Virus record (IMG/VR): IMGVR_UViG_3300045391_006539
Length of the DNA: 64,000 bases
Source: a virus
Lineage: Duplodnaviria; Caudoviricetes
Direction: 5' to 3' (one strand)
Shown here one piece after another: positions 1 to 10,427 of this stretch (position 1 is the stretch's first letter; every line of letters begins with the position of its first letter). The position numbers and the translations under genes are program-made. The notes under the pieces were generated by a model. It worked only from the letters and a program-made list of their open reading frames with translations, did not search any database and had not been told where the DNA came from.

Positions 1-156
1 TGGGACCAACCGGTTTGGGTCTGCGAACGTGTGCCGCGGGTCTATCTCGCGGTGGAGTGGGCCGCACCCTCGCGGACAGCTGAAGGAACGATGGAATTCG
101 TCGAGCGCCTGTGCCTCGGGACCGAGGACATCATCGTACCCCTCAATCGCCGCTAG
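1..156 (+). CDS. 3' end of a gene entering the window (hypothetical)
   Basis: Frame 1 is open from base 1 to TAG at 154-156. Confidence 0.5.
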   Translation, partial: WDQPVWVCERVPRVYLAVEWAAPSRTAEGTMEFVERLCLGTEDIIVPLNRR

Positions 157-222
157 TGCGACCGCCGGGTCCAGTTCTTTGAAGGCCGCCATGGCCTGAA
201 GTGTAGAATCCGAAGTCGTCCA

Positions 223-3200
223 ATGGCAGATGATTTCGACCTCTTTTGCTTCGAGCATTGCGATTCGATGCTCGACATCCTCGGAGACGGGCAAGTCTCG
301 ACGACGGATGCGGGTGGACAGCTGGTACCAGACTACCCCGACCCGCCGGCGACGTCTTGTGACCTCGGGGTCTTGTCGGGAGAGGCGGGGAACGGGAGCT
401 TCCCCGACGACACGGCCGTCGTCTCCATCGAGCCCGAGGACGGTGTCCCCAATCAGTTCACGACCGAGTGGATAGTCACCTTCGAGAGTCTGCCCGAGAA
501 CTTTGCAGACCTCGATGGTCATCACGTCTACTTCGGCACGAGTGATGCCTCGGGACCCTGCGTGGGTCTGTTCTTCTCCGAGATAGGCATTGCCTACACG
601 GGCAGTGTTCACGTCAATGCGGGCACGCTCGTCGTCGACTCACCCGATGACCCGACGGTCATTCCAGGGTCTGCCGACCGCATCGAGCTCGACACGCCCA
701 CCCTGATTCGCTTGGCGGTCGATGGCGACGCTGGCGTCGCGTACCTCTACGTCACGACGGTCGCACAGGCCGAGCTCACGGGTCAGACGCTCGTCGCGGT
801 CTTCCCTTGTGCCTACTTCGGGCAGATGGGTTTCCCGCCCATTGACCAATCGCTCGTCACCGTCAAAGGCACCGAGGACCAGCCGAGTCGCGTCGCCTTC
901 GACAAGTGGTGTCTCGCGAGCGCGGTGCTCGTGCCCAACCTGCCGCCCATTGCCAGTGCCGGTACCGACCAAGCCGTGCGGCTCTGCTCCATCATCCAGC
1001 TCGATGGCACGGCGAGCTTCGACCCAGAAGGCGCGCCGCTCAGCTACTCCTGGCGGCTCATTGGAAGTCCCCCGTCGAGTGCGTTTACGGTCGTCGGCGA
1101 TGACGGCATCACCTACCCGCTCGTCTCGCCCACGGGCTTCACCGACCTCTTCCATTCCGACTCCCTCGGTGATGCACACGCGGTAGACCCTCTGCAGGCG
1201 GGCGACGTTTTGGTCGTGGCGGGGGTGGTCTATGACGTCGTGGCTACGGGCAGCGACGGCAATGGGTTTTACGTCCAGGTCGAGGACGAAATCATCCCCG
1301 ACGCGTTCTCCAGCGTATCCTTCCGAGTCTTCCGCATGCGGGGCTTGAGCGTCTCGACACCCGCCGACCCTGCCCAGCCGACGTTCTTGCCCGACGTACT
1401 CGGTTTTTATCGCTTCGAGCTCGTCGTCAGCGACGGTCTGCTCGATAGCCAACCCTCGGTCGTGGTCGTCAACGTCGTCGACTCACCCCTGCCTCGCGGC
1501 ATCATTCCCGACGCCAAGTTCGTCTTCGACTATCTGTCGGACTACTGGAACTTGCTCGAAGACCGGGAGCCCGTCGCGACGCTCTGGAGTGGCATGATGC
1601 AGGTCACGGCGAGTGAGCTGTATACGCTCTGGCAGCACGATTACGGAAAGAGCCTGCGCGACATCCAGCGCACGTTCGTCCGGCGCTGGTTGCACTACGA
1701 CCTCCTGCTTGCCGAGCCATTACCCGAGCTCACGACCATCAAGGCGGTCACGGGCGGCGTGCGCACGAACCGCTTCGACTCGAACGGCGCGAGTCTGAAC
1801 GGCAATTCGTTCACGCTCACGAGTCCCGAGCATGACGAGACGACCATCACCATCGCGGCGGCGGACCCAGTCACGCCCGAGGTGCTCGCTGCGGAGGTTC
1901 AGAACCGTCTGCTCGAGCTCGATGCTCGCTATACGACGGCTCTCGTCACACGCAAGGGTAGCCTTTCGAACACGGCGGCTTTGCGCATCAACGCCCCTTT
2001 CGCGTTTACCATCAGCGACGTGACCGGCTCGGTCTTCGTGGCGGGCTCGAATGGGACTTTGACGGGTACGGGCACGGCCATCGCGAGCCGAACCTATCAA
2101 ATTCAAAACGATGGCTTGAACGGGGTGGAGCTCGATGCGGGTGACTTCATCGTCATCGATGACGAGGTCTTTCGCATCCAGCAAGTCTTGCGCATCGGCA
2201 TCCCCGAAGACGTCGGGGACTACACGGACCAGAACATCATCGTCACGCGCGACTTGCCACTCGGTACTACGAGTTGGTCGCTGCCGAGCCAGGTGACGAG
2301 CGAGCTGCTCGACTTCTACGCGGGACTCGTCACGGACCATGACCGGGTCTACTTCGATGTCTCGGCCGAGGACGAGCCTCTCGAGGCGATGGTACTCGGC
2401 GCGTCTGAGGAGGACTCGAGTCGGCTCGGGTTCGGGCTCACTCCAGAGCTCCTGTCGGCCATTGCAGATTCCGAATCGAGCGTGCGACTCGCACGCGTCC
2501 TGCGTGCCCGCTACGCTCCCATCCACGCCGACGTCGTGGACATCCCGACGCTCGTCGAGCTCATCGAGATTCGGGATGACGAGGCGACGCTTCGGCGTAA
2601 CCTCGACTTCTTCATCGAGGACTTCCGGGGCCAGCATTGCCTACGCTTTGCCTATCGCCCATACACCGAGACTGCCATCGGCGAAGAGCTCATCATCGAG
2701 GAAGCCTTCGACCCTTGGGAGCTCGCAGCGCCGCCCCCGCGGCTCTGGGCCGAGTACACCTATTTCGACAACCGCTCGACCATCGAAGACAACTTCGGTC
2801 TACTCGCCGGCGTCAGCGTCGACCAGGTCGAGAGTCTGCCCGGCAACATCGATTACCTCTCGGCCGTGCGTGGGCTCTGGTACGCGTACGTCAACGGGCC
2901 CACCCTGCACAACTTGCGCGTCGGTGCGCAGATTCTCCTGGGTCTCCCCTTCGCCGAGGAGGCGGGGACCATCGAGGAGATTCGCACGGACTTCTCACCC
3001 AGTACGGGACGCATCCTCATTCGCGATGGTGAGCGGAACGAAATCGTCCGCTCCTACACCTTCCCTCGAACGCTGGCACTCGAGACCAACCCGGCGACGG
3101 GCGCTCTGTATGCCGAAGGTGACACAGTCCAGCAGTTCGCACCGCTGGTCAAAGGCGTGGAGGTCGTCGACTACGTCAGCGACCCGACGTGGTTCCAGGG

Positions 3201-4125
3201 TCTCGTCCAGCAGGGTCTGTTCTACGAGGTCGAGAAGTTCTTCAAGTTCTTGGTCCGGGTAGACGCCGCGGCGTTCGGTCTCGAGAGCATGGGGTTCGTC
3301 AGCGACTTCATGCTCAAAATCAAGCCGACGTACACCTATCCGCTATTCCTCGTGAGCCAGACCGTCGAGGACACGGAGATTTCCATCACCGACGAGCTCG
3401 ACGTCACTGCCCAGCTCGTCCTGCTCGATGTCCTGTGTGACCTCTCGCCGTTCTCGACCTCGCTCGACGATGCGAGGGCGGGAGGGGGTGGCTATTGGAA
3501 CCAGCTCGATACCGACAGCAACGACGCGACGCCACTGCCCACGTTCGACACGAGCGACACCGTCGAGTGGGCTCTCGACCGTTATGTCTTCTGTCCCATC
3601 GACTTCGTGACGAGCGGTGCGGCGCAGCTCTTCGCTGGTCCGGGCTCGGTTGCAGCGAGCAATGGACTCAACTTCGTCGACGGCGAGGACCTCTACGACC
3701 TCGCCCGCTTTCGCGAGAGTGGGCCCTTCTCCATCACCAACGGCGCGACGGGTGAGAGCATCACGGCCGAGGCGGGCGCGACCGTCCCCCTCGATGGCAC
3801 CATCGACTATCTGCGCATCCTCATCGCCGGCGGCCCGGGTGATGACCCGACGGGCTACGAGCTCGTGGTCGCGGTCGACGGGGTCGATGAAATCGTGCAG
3901 GCCTTCACGGCCACGGCCCTGCTCACTCAGGGTGTGTTCTCGGCTTCCGAGGCCGTGACGGCGGGGCAGGCCATCAGCGTGCGCATCCGACACGCCAGCG
4001 GCGTGGCGCGCACTCCCGACTGGACGCACGTGCGGGTGGAGGTCGGCGTCAATCTAGGTCCGTGGACTGACTCGGATATGCTGCCAGTCGGCAACTATTG
4101 GTTCACGCGGGAGCTCACACCTTGA
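223..4125 (+). CDS. Large baseplate/tail structural protein with PKD-like Ig domain
   Basis: 1300 aa, acidic, beta-rich; PKD-type motifs NLPPIASAGTDQ..LDGTASFDPEGAPLSYSW and PTFLPDVLGFYRFELVVSDG; heads a tail gene cluster. Confidence 0.7.
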   Translation: MADDFDLFCFEHCDSMLDILGDGQVSTTDAGGQLVPDYPDPPATSCDLGVLSGEAGNGSFPDDTAVVSIEPEDGVPNQFTTEWIVTFESLPENFADLDGHHVYFGTSDASGPCVGLFFSEIGIAYTGSVHVNAGTLVVDSPDDPTVIPGSADRIELDTPTLIRLAVDGDAGVAYLYVTTVAQAELTGQTLVAVFPCAYFGQMGFPPIDQSLVTVKGTEDQPSRVAFDKWCLASAVLVPNLPPIASAGTDQAVRLCSIIQLDGTASFDPEGAPLSYSWRLIGSPPSSAFTVVGDDGITYPLVSPTGFTDLFHSDSLGDAHAVDPLQAGDVLVVAGVVYDVVATGSDGNGFYVQVEDEIIPDAFSSVSFRVFRMRGLSVSTPADPAQPTFLPDVLGFYRFELVVSDGLLDSQPSVVVVNVVDSPLPRGIIPDAKFVFDYLSDYWNLLEDREPVATLWSGMMQVTASELYTLWQHDYGKSLRDIQRTFVRRWLHYDLLLAEPLPELTTIKAVTGGVRTNRFDSNGASLNGNSFTLTSPEHDETTITIAAADPVTPEVLAAEVQNRLLELDARYTTALVTRKGSLSNTAALRINAPFAFTISDVTGSVFVAGSNGTLTGTGTAIASRTYQIQNDGLNGVELDAGDFIVIDDEVFRIQQVLRIGIPEDVGDYTDQNIIVTRDLPLGTTSWSLPSQVTSELLDFYAGLVTDHDRVYFDVSAEDEPLEAMVLGASEEDSSRLGFGLTPELLSAIADSESSVRLARVLRARYAPIHADVVDIPTLVELIEIRDDEATLRRNLDFFIEDFRGQHCLRFAYRPYTETAIGEELIIEEAFDPWELAAPPPRLWAEYTYFDNRSTIEDNFGLLAGVSVDQVESLPGNIDYLSAVRGLWYAYVNGPTLHNLRVGAQILLGLPFAEEAGTIEEIRTDFSPSTGRILIRDGERNEIVRSYTFPRTLALETNPATGALYAEGDTVQQFAPLVKGVEVVDYVSDPTWFQGLVQQGLFYEVEKFFKFLVRVDAAAFGLESMGFVSDFMLKIKPTYTYPLFLVSQTVEDTEISITDELDVTAQLVLLDVLCDLSPFSTSLDDARAGGGGYWNQLDTDSNDATPLPTFDTSDTVEWALDRYVFCPIDFVTSGAAQLFAGPGSVAASNGLNFVDGEDLYDLARFRESGPFSITNGATGESITAEAGATVPLDGTIDYLRILIAGGPGDDPTGYELVVAVDGVDEIVQAFTATALLTQGVFSASEAVTAGQAISVRIRHASGVARTPDWTHVRVEVGVNLGPWTDSDMLPVGNYWFTRELTP

Positions 4126-4769
4126 GGCGCAACAACGTCTTCATCACCGCGCGCCGGCGGGGCAAGCGCATCTACCAATTCGAGGGGCACAACGTCTGGA
4201 CCGACCCGGGCCGGGTCTACGTCGCGACGATGCTGGGGCTCAATTCCCTGGGACCCGACGTGCCGCTATTGCAGAACGTGCGGGTCTCGCGCATGGGCTT
4301 CGGCATCGGCGGCAATCTCCAGGGTACCATTCCGGGCGCGGCGGATACGGCTTATCCAGCGGGGGCTGACCCAAACACGACGAGCGGTAACGAGTACAAC
4401 CACCTCTACCCCGTCGAGCCACCCATCGGTACGCTCGAACGACCAGTGCGCTTCAGCGGCGGTACCAATCCCTACGGGACGGCTGCGCCCAGCGACGTGT
4501 GGCTCAGTCCCACCGACCACCCCGACTTCTTCGTCTACCAGCCGAGCACGAACGAGTACGCGCTCAAGGTCTTCATTCGAGGCATGGACGGCGCCATCAG
4601 TTACTCCACGCTCACCGAGGTGCCACTGTCCGAGGCGGGTCTCTTCCTCTCGAATGCCGATGAGAACGAGCCTTTCGAGCCGGCAGTGGCATACGTCAAC
4701 TTCGAACCGCTCACCATCACCGACGAGGTCGAGGCGGAAGTCACCTGGATTGTCGGTATCGGTTCCTGA
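4122..4769 (+). CDS. Baseplate/tail-fibre attachment protein, paralog 1
   Basis: TTG start overlapping the upstream TGA with GGGAG RBS; VPLSEAGLF motif typical of tail-collar/fibre-attachment domains; similar to next ORF. Confidence 0.65.
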   Translation: MRRNNVFITARRRGKRIYQFEGHNVWTDPGRVYVATMLGLNSLGPDVPLLQNVRVSRMGFGIGGNLQGTIPGAADTAYPAGADPNTTSGNEYNHLYPVEPPIGTLERPVRFSGGTNPYGTAAPSDVWLSPTDHPDFFVYQPSTNEYALKVFIRGMDGAISYSTLTEVPLSEAGLFLSNADENEPFEPAVAYVNFEPLTITDEVEAEVTWIVGIGS

Positions 4770-4777
4770 GGACTCCC

Positions 4778-5398
4778 ATGCGTTTCGTAGAGACCATCCC
4801 CATCAAGCAGAACCTGTTCATCACGGCTCGCGAGCGCGGCAAGATTGTGGCGCGGCGCGAGGGCCACAACATCTGGCTCGACACGGGCAAGGAGTTCATC
4901 GCCCAGCTCATTGGACTGCAGTCGCTCAATCCGGACGTCGCCATCCGTAACGACCGCATCAAGTACATGGGCGTCGGCATCGGTGGCACGGCTCAGAAGC
5001 AGCTCACGGCCGCCAACGCGGCGCCCATCAGTCCGCCGTACACGGGCAACAATGCTCAAACGGATGCCAATCCACTCGTCACGACGCTCGAGCGGCCTGT
5101 GCGCATCAGTGGGTCTACGGGTAACTACCCAGGTCTCTCTGGTGATGCATGGGTCGGCACGGTGCAGGCGCCGCCCACGGTCGTCGGCAGCCAGATTACC
5201 TTTCGGCGGGTCTTTACACAGGAGGAAGTGAGCTACGGACCTTTCCTCAGTGTGCCACTCAGCGAGGTCATGCTCTTCACGAGCAACGCCGTCGTCGACA
5301 ACTACCAAAACGTGGGCATGGCCTACGACACGTTCGATACCATCAGCAAGACGGCTGCCATCAACCTCGAAGTGGTCTGGCATATCCGCGTGGGTTGA
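4778..5398 (+). CDS. Baseplate/tail-fibre attachment protein, paralog 2
   Basis: Shares N.FITAR.RGK....EGHN.W, MG.GIGG, TLERPVR.SG and VPLSE..LF with the upstream ORF. Confidence 0.65.
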   Translation: MRFVETIPIKQNLFITARERGKIVARREGHNIWLDTGKEFIAQLIGLQSLNPDVAIRNDRIKYMGVGIGGTAQKQLTAANAAPISPPYTGNNAQTDANPLVTTLERPVRISGSTGNYPGLSGDAWVGTVQAPPTVVGSQITFRRVFTQEEVSYGPFLSVPLSEVMLFTSNAVVDNYQNVGMAYDTFDTISKTAAINLEVVWHIRVG

Positions 5399-5409
5399 GG
5401 AGAGAGTAG

Positions 5410-8001
5410 ATGTTCCACCGTTACGACCTTCCCGGCTACTTCATCGATGGCGGCGGCGACCTGCTCGCCGACTACGACCTGCTCAATGACCCGGCGCATG
5501 CCTCGGTGGGTGGGTCTGGCGTCCCGGCTCCCGTCGACGGCAAGAAGAGCGGCGGCGACAACGACGGTACGTACTTCGCGGCTTTTGGTGAGGACGGCCG
5601 TGCCTTCTTCCAGAACCGAGGCCTCGCTGCGCTCGGTGAGAACACGGACCTGCTCGACGACATCGTGCAGACCAACGTGCCCGTCGTCACCTTCCAGGAT
5701 GGTACGGCAGCAGGAGCCACACCCTCGGTCACTCTGAATTCGGGCACGGGCTGGGTCTACGTCGGCAAGAGCGGCGCCACCAACAACCAGGCGACGCGCG
5801 ACCGGCTCGTCCATGTCACCGACCAGACGGGCGCCGAGCTCGAGGTGAGCGGGACCAAGGTCACCTGCTCGCTCATCCACGACGGCGCGAGCGTCAACGT
5901 ACTCGGCACCGAGACGGATGGCTTCTATGAAGACCCGGTCGTCAACTTCTCCCCGAGCATTCCGAATGGTACGACCTATCGCATCTGGTACGGCACCCGT
6001 TCGAGCTGGGCGGAGCAAGCGCTCACGAGCAAGGGCCCGCTCGCGGAAGTCCAGATTTTCAATGCCCAGAATGTTACGGCGGAGGTGCGCAAGCTCTTCC
6101 GTCTCCTGCGCAACGATGCGGGGACGCTGGCCTGGAATGCCAACTTCGAGACGAGTCTCCGGGCGCTCGCCGGCGCCGGTCTGAACGAGCGCTATCGTCG
6201 GCAGACGACCGAGCCCGCGGGCTTCACGACGGGGCAGTACAACGTCGCCGGCGACGGGGCGACCATCTTCCGGGATGGCAAAGCGGTCACCATCCAGACC
6301 GATGACTTCACGCTCACGAGCGCGACCAACTACCGTGACCCCAACGCGGCAGCTCTCAAAGTTGTCGGTGAGGCCGCGCGTTCTTCTTCGACCAGTTCGT
6401 CGTACACGGCGGGTGGCGATTTCGGCTACTGGCACGAGACCGAGTGGCGCGTGAAAGAGACGGGTAGCGGCGACCAGCGCACCCGTCAGTTCTCGGCGGG
6501 TCCGGCGCTCATGGAGGTCGTGCCCTGGGACGTGCGCAATGACGAGTACCTCGGCGACGACGTGCTCACGTTCATCAGTCCCTCGACGGCGACGGCTACC
6601 CTCAACCCCGATTCAGGGGCGTCGGCCAACGACCGCGCCACCATCGAGTGCGCCTCGGGGCAGTTCTTCGCGCTGTCTACACCCACGCGCACCGCCATCC
6701 GTCTCGGCGTCGACATGCTGGAGGTGACACTGCAGAGCGGGGACGTCGCGACCTATGTCATCGACAACCTGCTCTCGGCGACGCGCGTCATCGTCCGGCT
6801 CATCTCGGGCGCGCAGCCCTCGTTCAGTGCTTCGGCCGTCACGGATGTAGCCCTTCGCTGGCTCCAGCCCATCGTGCGCATCGGTGGGGTGCTCGCCACG
6901 GACTCGGGTGCAGGGTTCCTCACGCCAGCGGTCAGTCTCAAGGCTCGGCCTTTGCTGGTCATTCCACCCTCGTTCAATACCATCAATCCGAGTAACGAGC
7001 TGCATGCGCAGCCGGCCTTCTTCGGGTCTCGGACGGGCAGCGTCACGGGCGCGGCGGCGGGGAGTTCGGATTCGCGTGCACTCGAGTGGGGGTCGACGGC
7101 CAGTCCCGACAGCGGTGGTACGGTCAACGGTACGCTCACGGCGCGTGGCTATCTCATGGGGGATGGCAGTTTGTTCTCGACGTTAGTGCGGGCGACGGCG
7201 CTGAACGTGGGTAACGGCAATGCGACGGTGGCGAGCAATGGCAACGCGGTCTTCAACGACGTCGTCATGGACAGCCTGAGCGCCGATGATGCCGTCATCA
7301 ACAACCTCGCCGTCAACGAGCCCGAATTCTACACGACCATCGACGAAGACTGGATTCACTTCGTCCAGGAGTTCACCCCGGACATCATCCATTCGGATGA
7401 GCTCTGGGAGTTCAACGAGATTGCCGGGACTTTCACGCTCAACAATGGCACGCCCTCGGCGAAGAATCCAGGGCAGCTCGAGGCCATTGGTGCGGGTGGG
7501 AGCTCGAGCAGGTCACTCGCGGTCTACAAGACCACGGCGCTGCCCTATGGCTTCAGTGCCCTGCAGATGGTGACGGTCGTCGCCAAGGTCGACGACAGCG
7601 TCGGCAACGTGAGTGGCGGCTTCAACGTGGGCGTGCGCGACAACGTGACGAGCAGCGTGGGGGGCAATGACTCCCTGATGCTCGCCTACTTCTGCTCGGC
7701 CAAGGAGTGGCGGCTCAATCACCGGGTGGGTGGTATCGATGGGCCGCAGCACGGCACCGTCCTCGGCGCAGCGACGGACAACGTCTTCGTCTCTTTCCGT
7801 CTGCTCAAGAACGCTGCCAATGGCATTGATGTCTATTTCAACGGTTCGCTCGCCGTCACCGTGGCGTCGGCGGACTTGCCGACTGGCAATGGCACTTTCG
7901 GACTCTACTTTTCGCAGGGCTCGAGCGACGCGGATGCAGTGACGTACGCCGTCGACTATTGCGGCCTCCGAGCATCTTGCGGTGCACGCCAGGGTGCATA
8001 G
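5410..8001 (+). CDS. Tail fibre / receptor-binding protein
   Basis: 863 aa, G/S/T/A-rich; beta-helix-like shaft segment and C-terminal beta-sandwich-like domain; GAGGAG RBS; position at end of tail cluster. Confidence 0.65.
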   Translation: MFHRYDLPGYFIDGGGDLLADYDLLNDPAHASVGGSGVPAPVDGKKSGGDNDGTYFAAFGEDGRAFFQNRGLAALGENTDLLDDIVQTNVPVVTFQDGTAAGATPSVTLNSGTGWVYVGKSGATNNQATRDRLVHVTDQTGAELEVSGTKVTCSLIHDGASVNVLGTETDGFYEDPVVNFSPSIPNGTTYRIWYGTRSSWAEQALTSKGPLAEVQIFNAQNVTAEVRKLFRLLRNDAGTLAWNANFETSLRALAGAGLNERYRRQTTEPAGFTTGQYNVAGDGATIFRDGKAVTIQTDDFTLTSATNYRDPNAAALKVVGEAARSSSTSSSYTAGGDFGYWHETEWRVKETGSGDQRTRQFSAGPALMEVVPWDVRNDEYLGDDVLTFISPSTATATLNPDSGASANDRATIECASGQFFALSTPTRTAIRLGVDMLEVTLQSGDVATYVIDNLLSATRVIVRLISGAQPSFSASAVTDVALRWLQPIVRIGGVLATDSGAGFLTPAVSLKARPLLVIPPSFNTINPSNELHAQPAFFGSRTGSVTGAAAGSSDSRALEWGSTASPDSGGTVNGTLTARGYLMGDGSLFSTLVRATALNVGNGNATVASNGNAVFNDVVMDSLSADDAVINNLAVNEPEFYTTIDEDWIHFVQEFTPDIIHSDELWEFNEIAGTFTLNNGTPSAKNPGQLEAIGAGGSSSRSLAVYKTTALPYGFSALQMVTVVAKVDDSVGNVSGGFNVGVRDNVTSSVGGNDSLMLAYFCSAKEWRLNHRVGGIDGPQHGTVLGAATDNVFVSFRLLKNAANGIDVYFNGSLAVTVASADLPTGNGTFGLYFSQGSSDADAVTYAVDYCGLRASCGARQGA

Positions 8002-8033
8002 TCCAGGCGGCAGCTCCGGGGTATCATGATGGC

Positions 8034-8420
8034 ATGGATATCCTGGAGCTGCTCACGCGGCCTGGTACATACGTTCTCGGCCTGCTCGTCTACATCGCAA
8101 CATTCTTCACCCGCAAGGTGACGGAGATGTTGGCCCCGCAGTTGAAGAAGCAGGCCGACGCGAACGCCCCTGCAATCACCTACCCGACCAACGCCAGCCG
8201 CTGGTGGAACGAGGTAGTCCTGTATGCGATTCCCGTCGCCTATGGTGGCCTGACGTCGCTCAGTTCGAGCGAGTTCTTCTTCGCTGGCATCGATGGTGGC
8301 AGCGCGCGCTTCATGTTCTCTTGTGGCGTCGGCTGGTTTTCGAGTTTCATGTACAAGACCTTGAAGAAGGTCATCAGACAGAAGCTCGATATCAAAGAGA
8401 CCATCAGCGAGGTGACGTGA
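8034..8420 (+). CDS. Holin-like small multi-pass membrane protein
   Basis: About three hydrophobic segments and a basic C-terminus; follows the tail fibre gene. Confidence 0.5.
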   Translation: MDILELLTRPGTYVLGLLVYIATFFTRKVTEMLAPQLKKQADANAPAITYPTNASRWWNEVVLYAIPVAYGGLTSLSSSEFFFAGIDGGSARFMFSCGVGWFSSFMYKTLKKVIRQKLDIKETISEVT

Positions 8421-8788
8421 GCCAACTTCTGAGTGCCTGGGCATGGCTCAAGAAGAACTGGAAGTGGCTGCTCCTACCCATTGGAGTCGCTGCCTGGTTC
8501 CTCGGCAGAGCCTCGGCCAAGAAGACCATCGTCGTCACCAGCCCCGAACTCACTGCACACGACGAGTTCCGTGCGGGCGTCGAAGCCGAGACTCGCGAGA
8601 AGCTCGAGCAGGCCGAGAGCGAGCGCCGGCAAGCTCACGTCCGCATCGAGGTTCAAAAGGACGAGCGTTTACATGAGCTGGACGCCGAAGCCGAACGCAA
8701 GACGGCCGAGCTCCAGCAAGACCCCGAGGCCATCAACGACTTTCTCAAGAAGGTGGGCAAGAGTGTCCGTAATCGGAACCAATCCTGA
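8417..8788 (+). CDS. Membrane-anchored coiled-coil protein (i-spanin-like)
   Basis: GTGA overlap with previous stop; N-terminal TM (WKWLLLPIGVAAWFLG) followed by charged coiled coil. Confidence 0.5.
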   Translation: MSQLLSAWAWLKKNWKWLLLPIGVAAWFLGRASAKKTIVVTSPELTAHDEFRAGVEAETREKLEQAESERRQAHVRIEVQKDERLHELDAEAERKTAELQQDPEAINDFLKKVGKSVRNRNQS

Positions 8789-9350
8789 CCTGGGGCAGGT
8801 CATTCTCGACAGGGTCACGGCGAGCATCCGTGAAGAATTCTCAGACTTCGCCCTCATCCCCAAGAAATCGTCGCTGCAGATGTGCATCATCGACGTGCTC
8901 TTGCGCATCATCACCTTCAATCGGATGCGGACGTTCCTGACGAGCTACGTGACCACGCGCGGTAGCAAGGTCTACGTGCCCGAGACCTGGGACCTGAAGA
9001 CTCCATTTCAGCAGGCCGTGACCCTGCGACATGAACGGGTGCACATGCAACAGCGCCGGCGCCTCGGCGGCTTCATGTTCATCCTCAGGTACCTCTGTTG
9101 GCCACTGCCATTCTTCTACGCCAAGGGCCGACGGGACCTCGAGATGGAGGCGTATGAAGAGAGCATCCGCGCGATGGCGCAGTACTACGGCTATCCGCGG
9201 ACGTGGGACGCGCGTGTGCGCGAGACCATCATCGGTGAGTTCGTGGGCCCCAGCTATCTCTGGATGTGGCCGTTTCGTAAAGACGTCGAGCGCTGGTACG
9301 ATAGCGTGGTCTACAACTTGGTAGGACCCATCGAACATGCCGAAGTTTAA
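8763..9350 (+). CDS. HExxH zinc-metallopeptidase-like protein
   Basis: LRHERVHMQQ motif and downstream E-MEAY. Confidence 0.55.
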   Translation: MSVIGTNPDLGQVILDRVTASIREEFSDFALIPKKSSLQMCIIDVLLRIITFNRMRTFLTSYVTTRGSKVYVPETWDLKTPFQQAVTLRHERVHMQQRRRLGGFMFILRYLCWPLPFFYAKGRRDLEMEAYEESIRAMAQYYGYPRTWDARVRETIIGEFVGPSYLWMWPFRKDVERWYDSVVYNLVGPIEHAEV

Positions 9351-9879
9351 CGCTGTCTACAAGGGCGAGCTCTGCAATGCGGACTCCGTCAAGAAGAAGG
9401 TCGTCTTCCAGGGCGTCGAGATTCATCTCGATAGACCCAAGGGCCTCGTGATGACTGGCGAGGACAAGGAGGGCAAGCCCTGGACGCGCGAATATCTCTA
9501 CGACTACGGCTTCATCCCGAAGACCCTGGGCGGCGACGGTGACGGGCTCGATGTCTTCATCGGTCCGCACAAGGACGCGACCGAGACGTACTGGGCTACG
9601 CAGAACAAGGACGATGGCTCGTTCGACGAGTATAAGGTCTTCATGGGTTTCTCCAGCCGAGCAGCGGCGGAGGCGGCTTTTCGCGAGCATATACCGCTCA
9701 AGTTCTTGGGCAGTATGGTCTCGATGCGTCTCGACATGATGAAGGCGATGCTTGGTATGAACCCGACGGGTCTCTTCAAGGGGCCAGCGGCAGATGCCGT
9801 CAAGACTGCCTCCGCTCGTGCAGCGTTGCAGGCGGTGAGTTTTACCCACCACAGAAACAGGCTACTCGGATGGTCATGA
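9337..9879 (+). CDS. Inorganic pyrophosphatase-like protein (family I fold)
   Basis: DYGFIPKTLGGDGDGLDVFIGP and FDEYKV match the YG.ip.T..gDgDplDv and D.K signatures. Confidence 0.75.
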   Translation: MPKFNAVYKGELCNADSVKKKVVFQGVEIHLDRPKGLVMTGEDKEGKPWTREYLYDYGFIPKTLGGDGDGLDVFIGPHKDATETYWATQNKDDGSFDEYKVFMGFSSRAAAEAAFREHIPLKFLGSMVSMRLDMMKAMLGMNPTGLFKGPAADAVKTASARAALQAVSFTHHRNRLLGWS

Positions 9880-9935
9880 CTCTCTTTGCAGGTCTCGGCA
9901 TCTACCTCTTTGGCCTGACGATGCCATGCTGGAAG

Positions 9936-10388
9936 ATGCGCCTGCACTGGTACGTCGTCACGGGCGTTTTGCTGCTCGGGCCTTGCCTCGCCTTCGGAGA
10001 GGAGCCCATCCCCGAAGACCGCATCGTGTCACTCAAGAAGGGTGCTCTCGCACCTTTCGACGGGCAGCTCTTCGACAACCCCACGGCGCTGCGCTGGGGC
10101 GTCTACCTCCAGCAGATGCAGGCTCGGCACGAGGTCGAACTCGATACCCAGAAGAAGCATTGCGAGGAGGAACTCGAGTTCAAGCGGACGGAGCTCTGGC
10201 TCGAGCGGGACAAGTCCAAGAAGATTGCCGATGACCTGGCCGAGCGTCTGCGCAAGACCGAGGCGCTGAAGCTGCAGGCCGAGCACGAGCGAGACAATCC
10301 GCCTTGGTATAAGACGCCCGTCTTCGGCTTCGTGCTCGGCGCCGTGGCCGTGGGTACGTTTGGGGTCCTGGCAGTGCAGACGTTTTAA
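9936..10388 (+). CDS. Exported coiled-coil protein with C-terminal TM anchor (spanin-like)
   Basis: Signal-like N-terminus, coiled-coil middle, C-terminal hydrophobic helix; ORF could start at 9870. Confidence 0.5.
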   Translation: MRLHWYVVTGVLLLGPCLAFGEEPIPEDRIVSLKKGALAPFDGQLFDNPTALRWGVYLQQMQARHEVELDTQKKHCEEELEFKRTELWLERDKSKKIADDLAERLRKTEALKLQAEHERDNPPWYKTPVFGFVLGAVAVGTFGVLAVQTF

Positions 10389-10421
10389 GAGGCTAAAGAA
10401 GGGCGCCTGAGTGCGCCCTTC
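10389..10421 (-). terminator. Terminator of the (-) replication operon
   Basis: GAAGGGCGC/GCGCCCTTC stem at 10398-10421, followed on (-) by TTTAGCCTC; between convergent genes. Confidence 0.7.
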
Positions 10422-10427
10422 CCCCGT

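Noticed and set aside
8034-10388. Endolysin in the lysis-like cluster
   Set aside because: No glycosidase, amidase or M15/M23 motif recognised; the HExxH protein cannot be assigned that role
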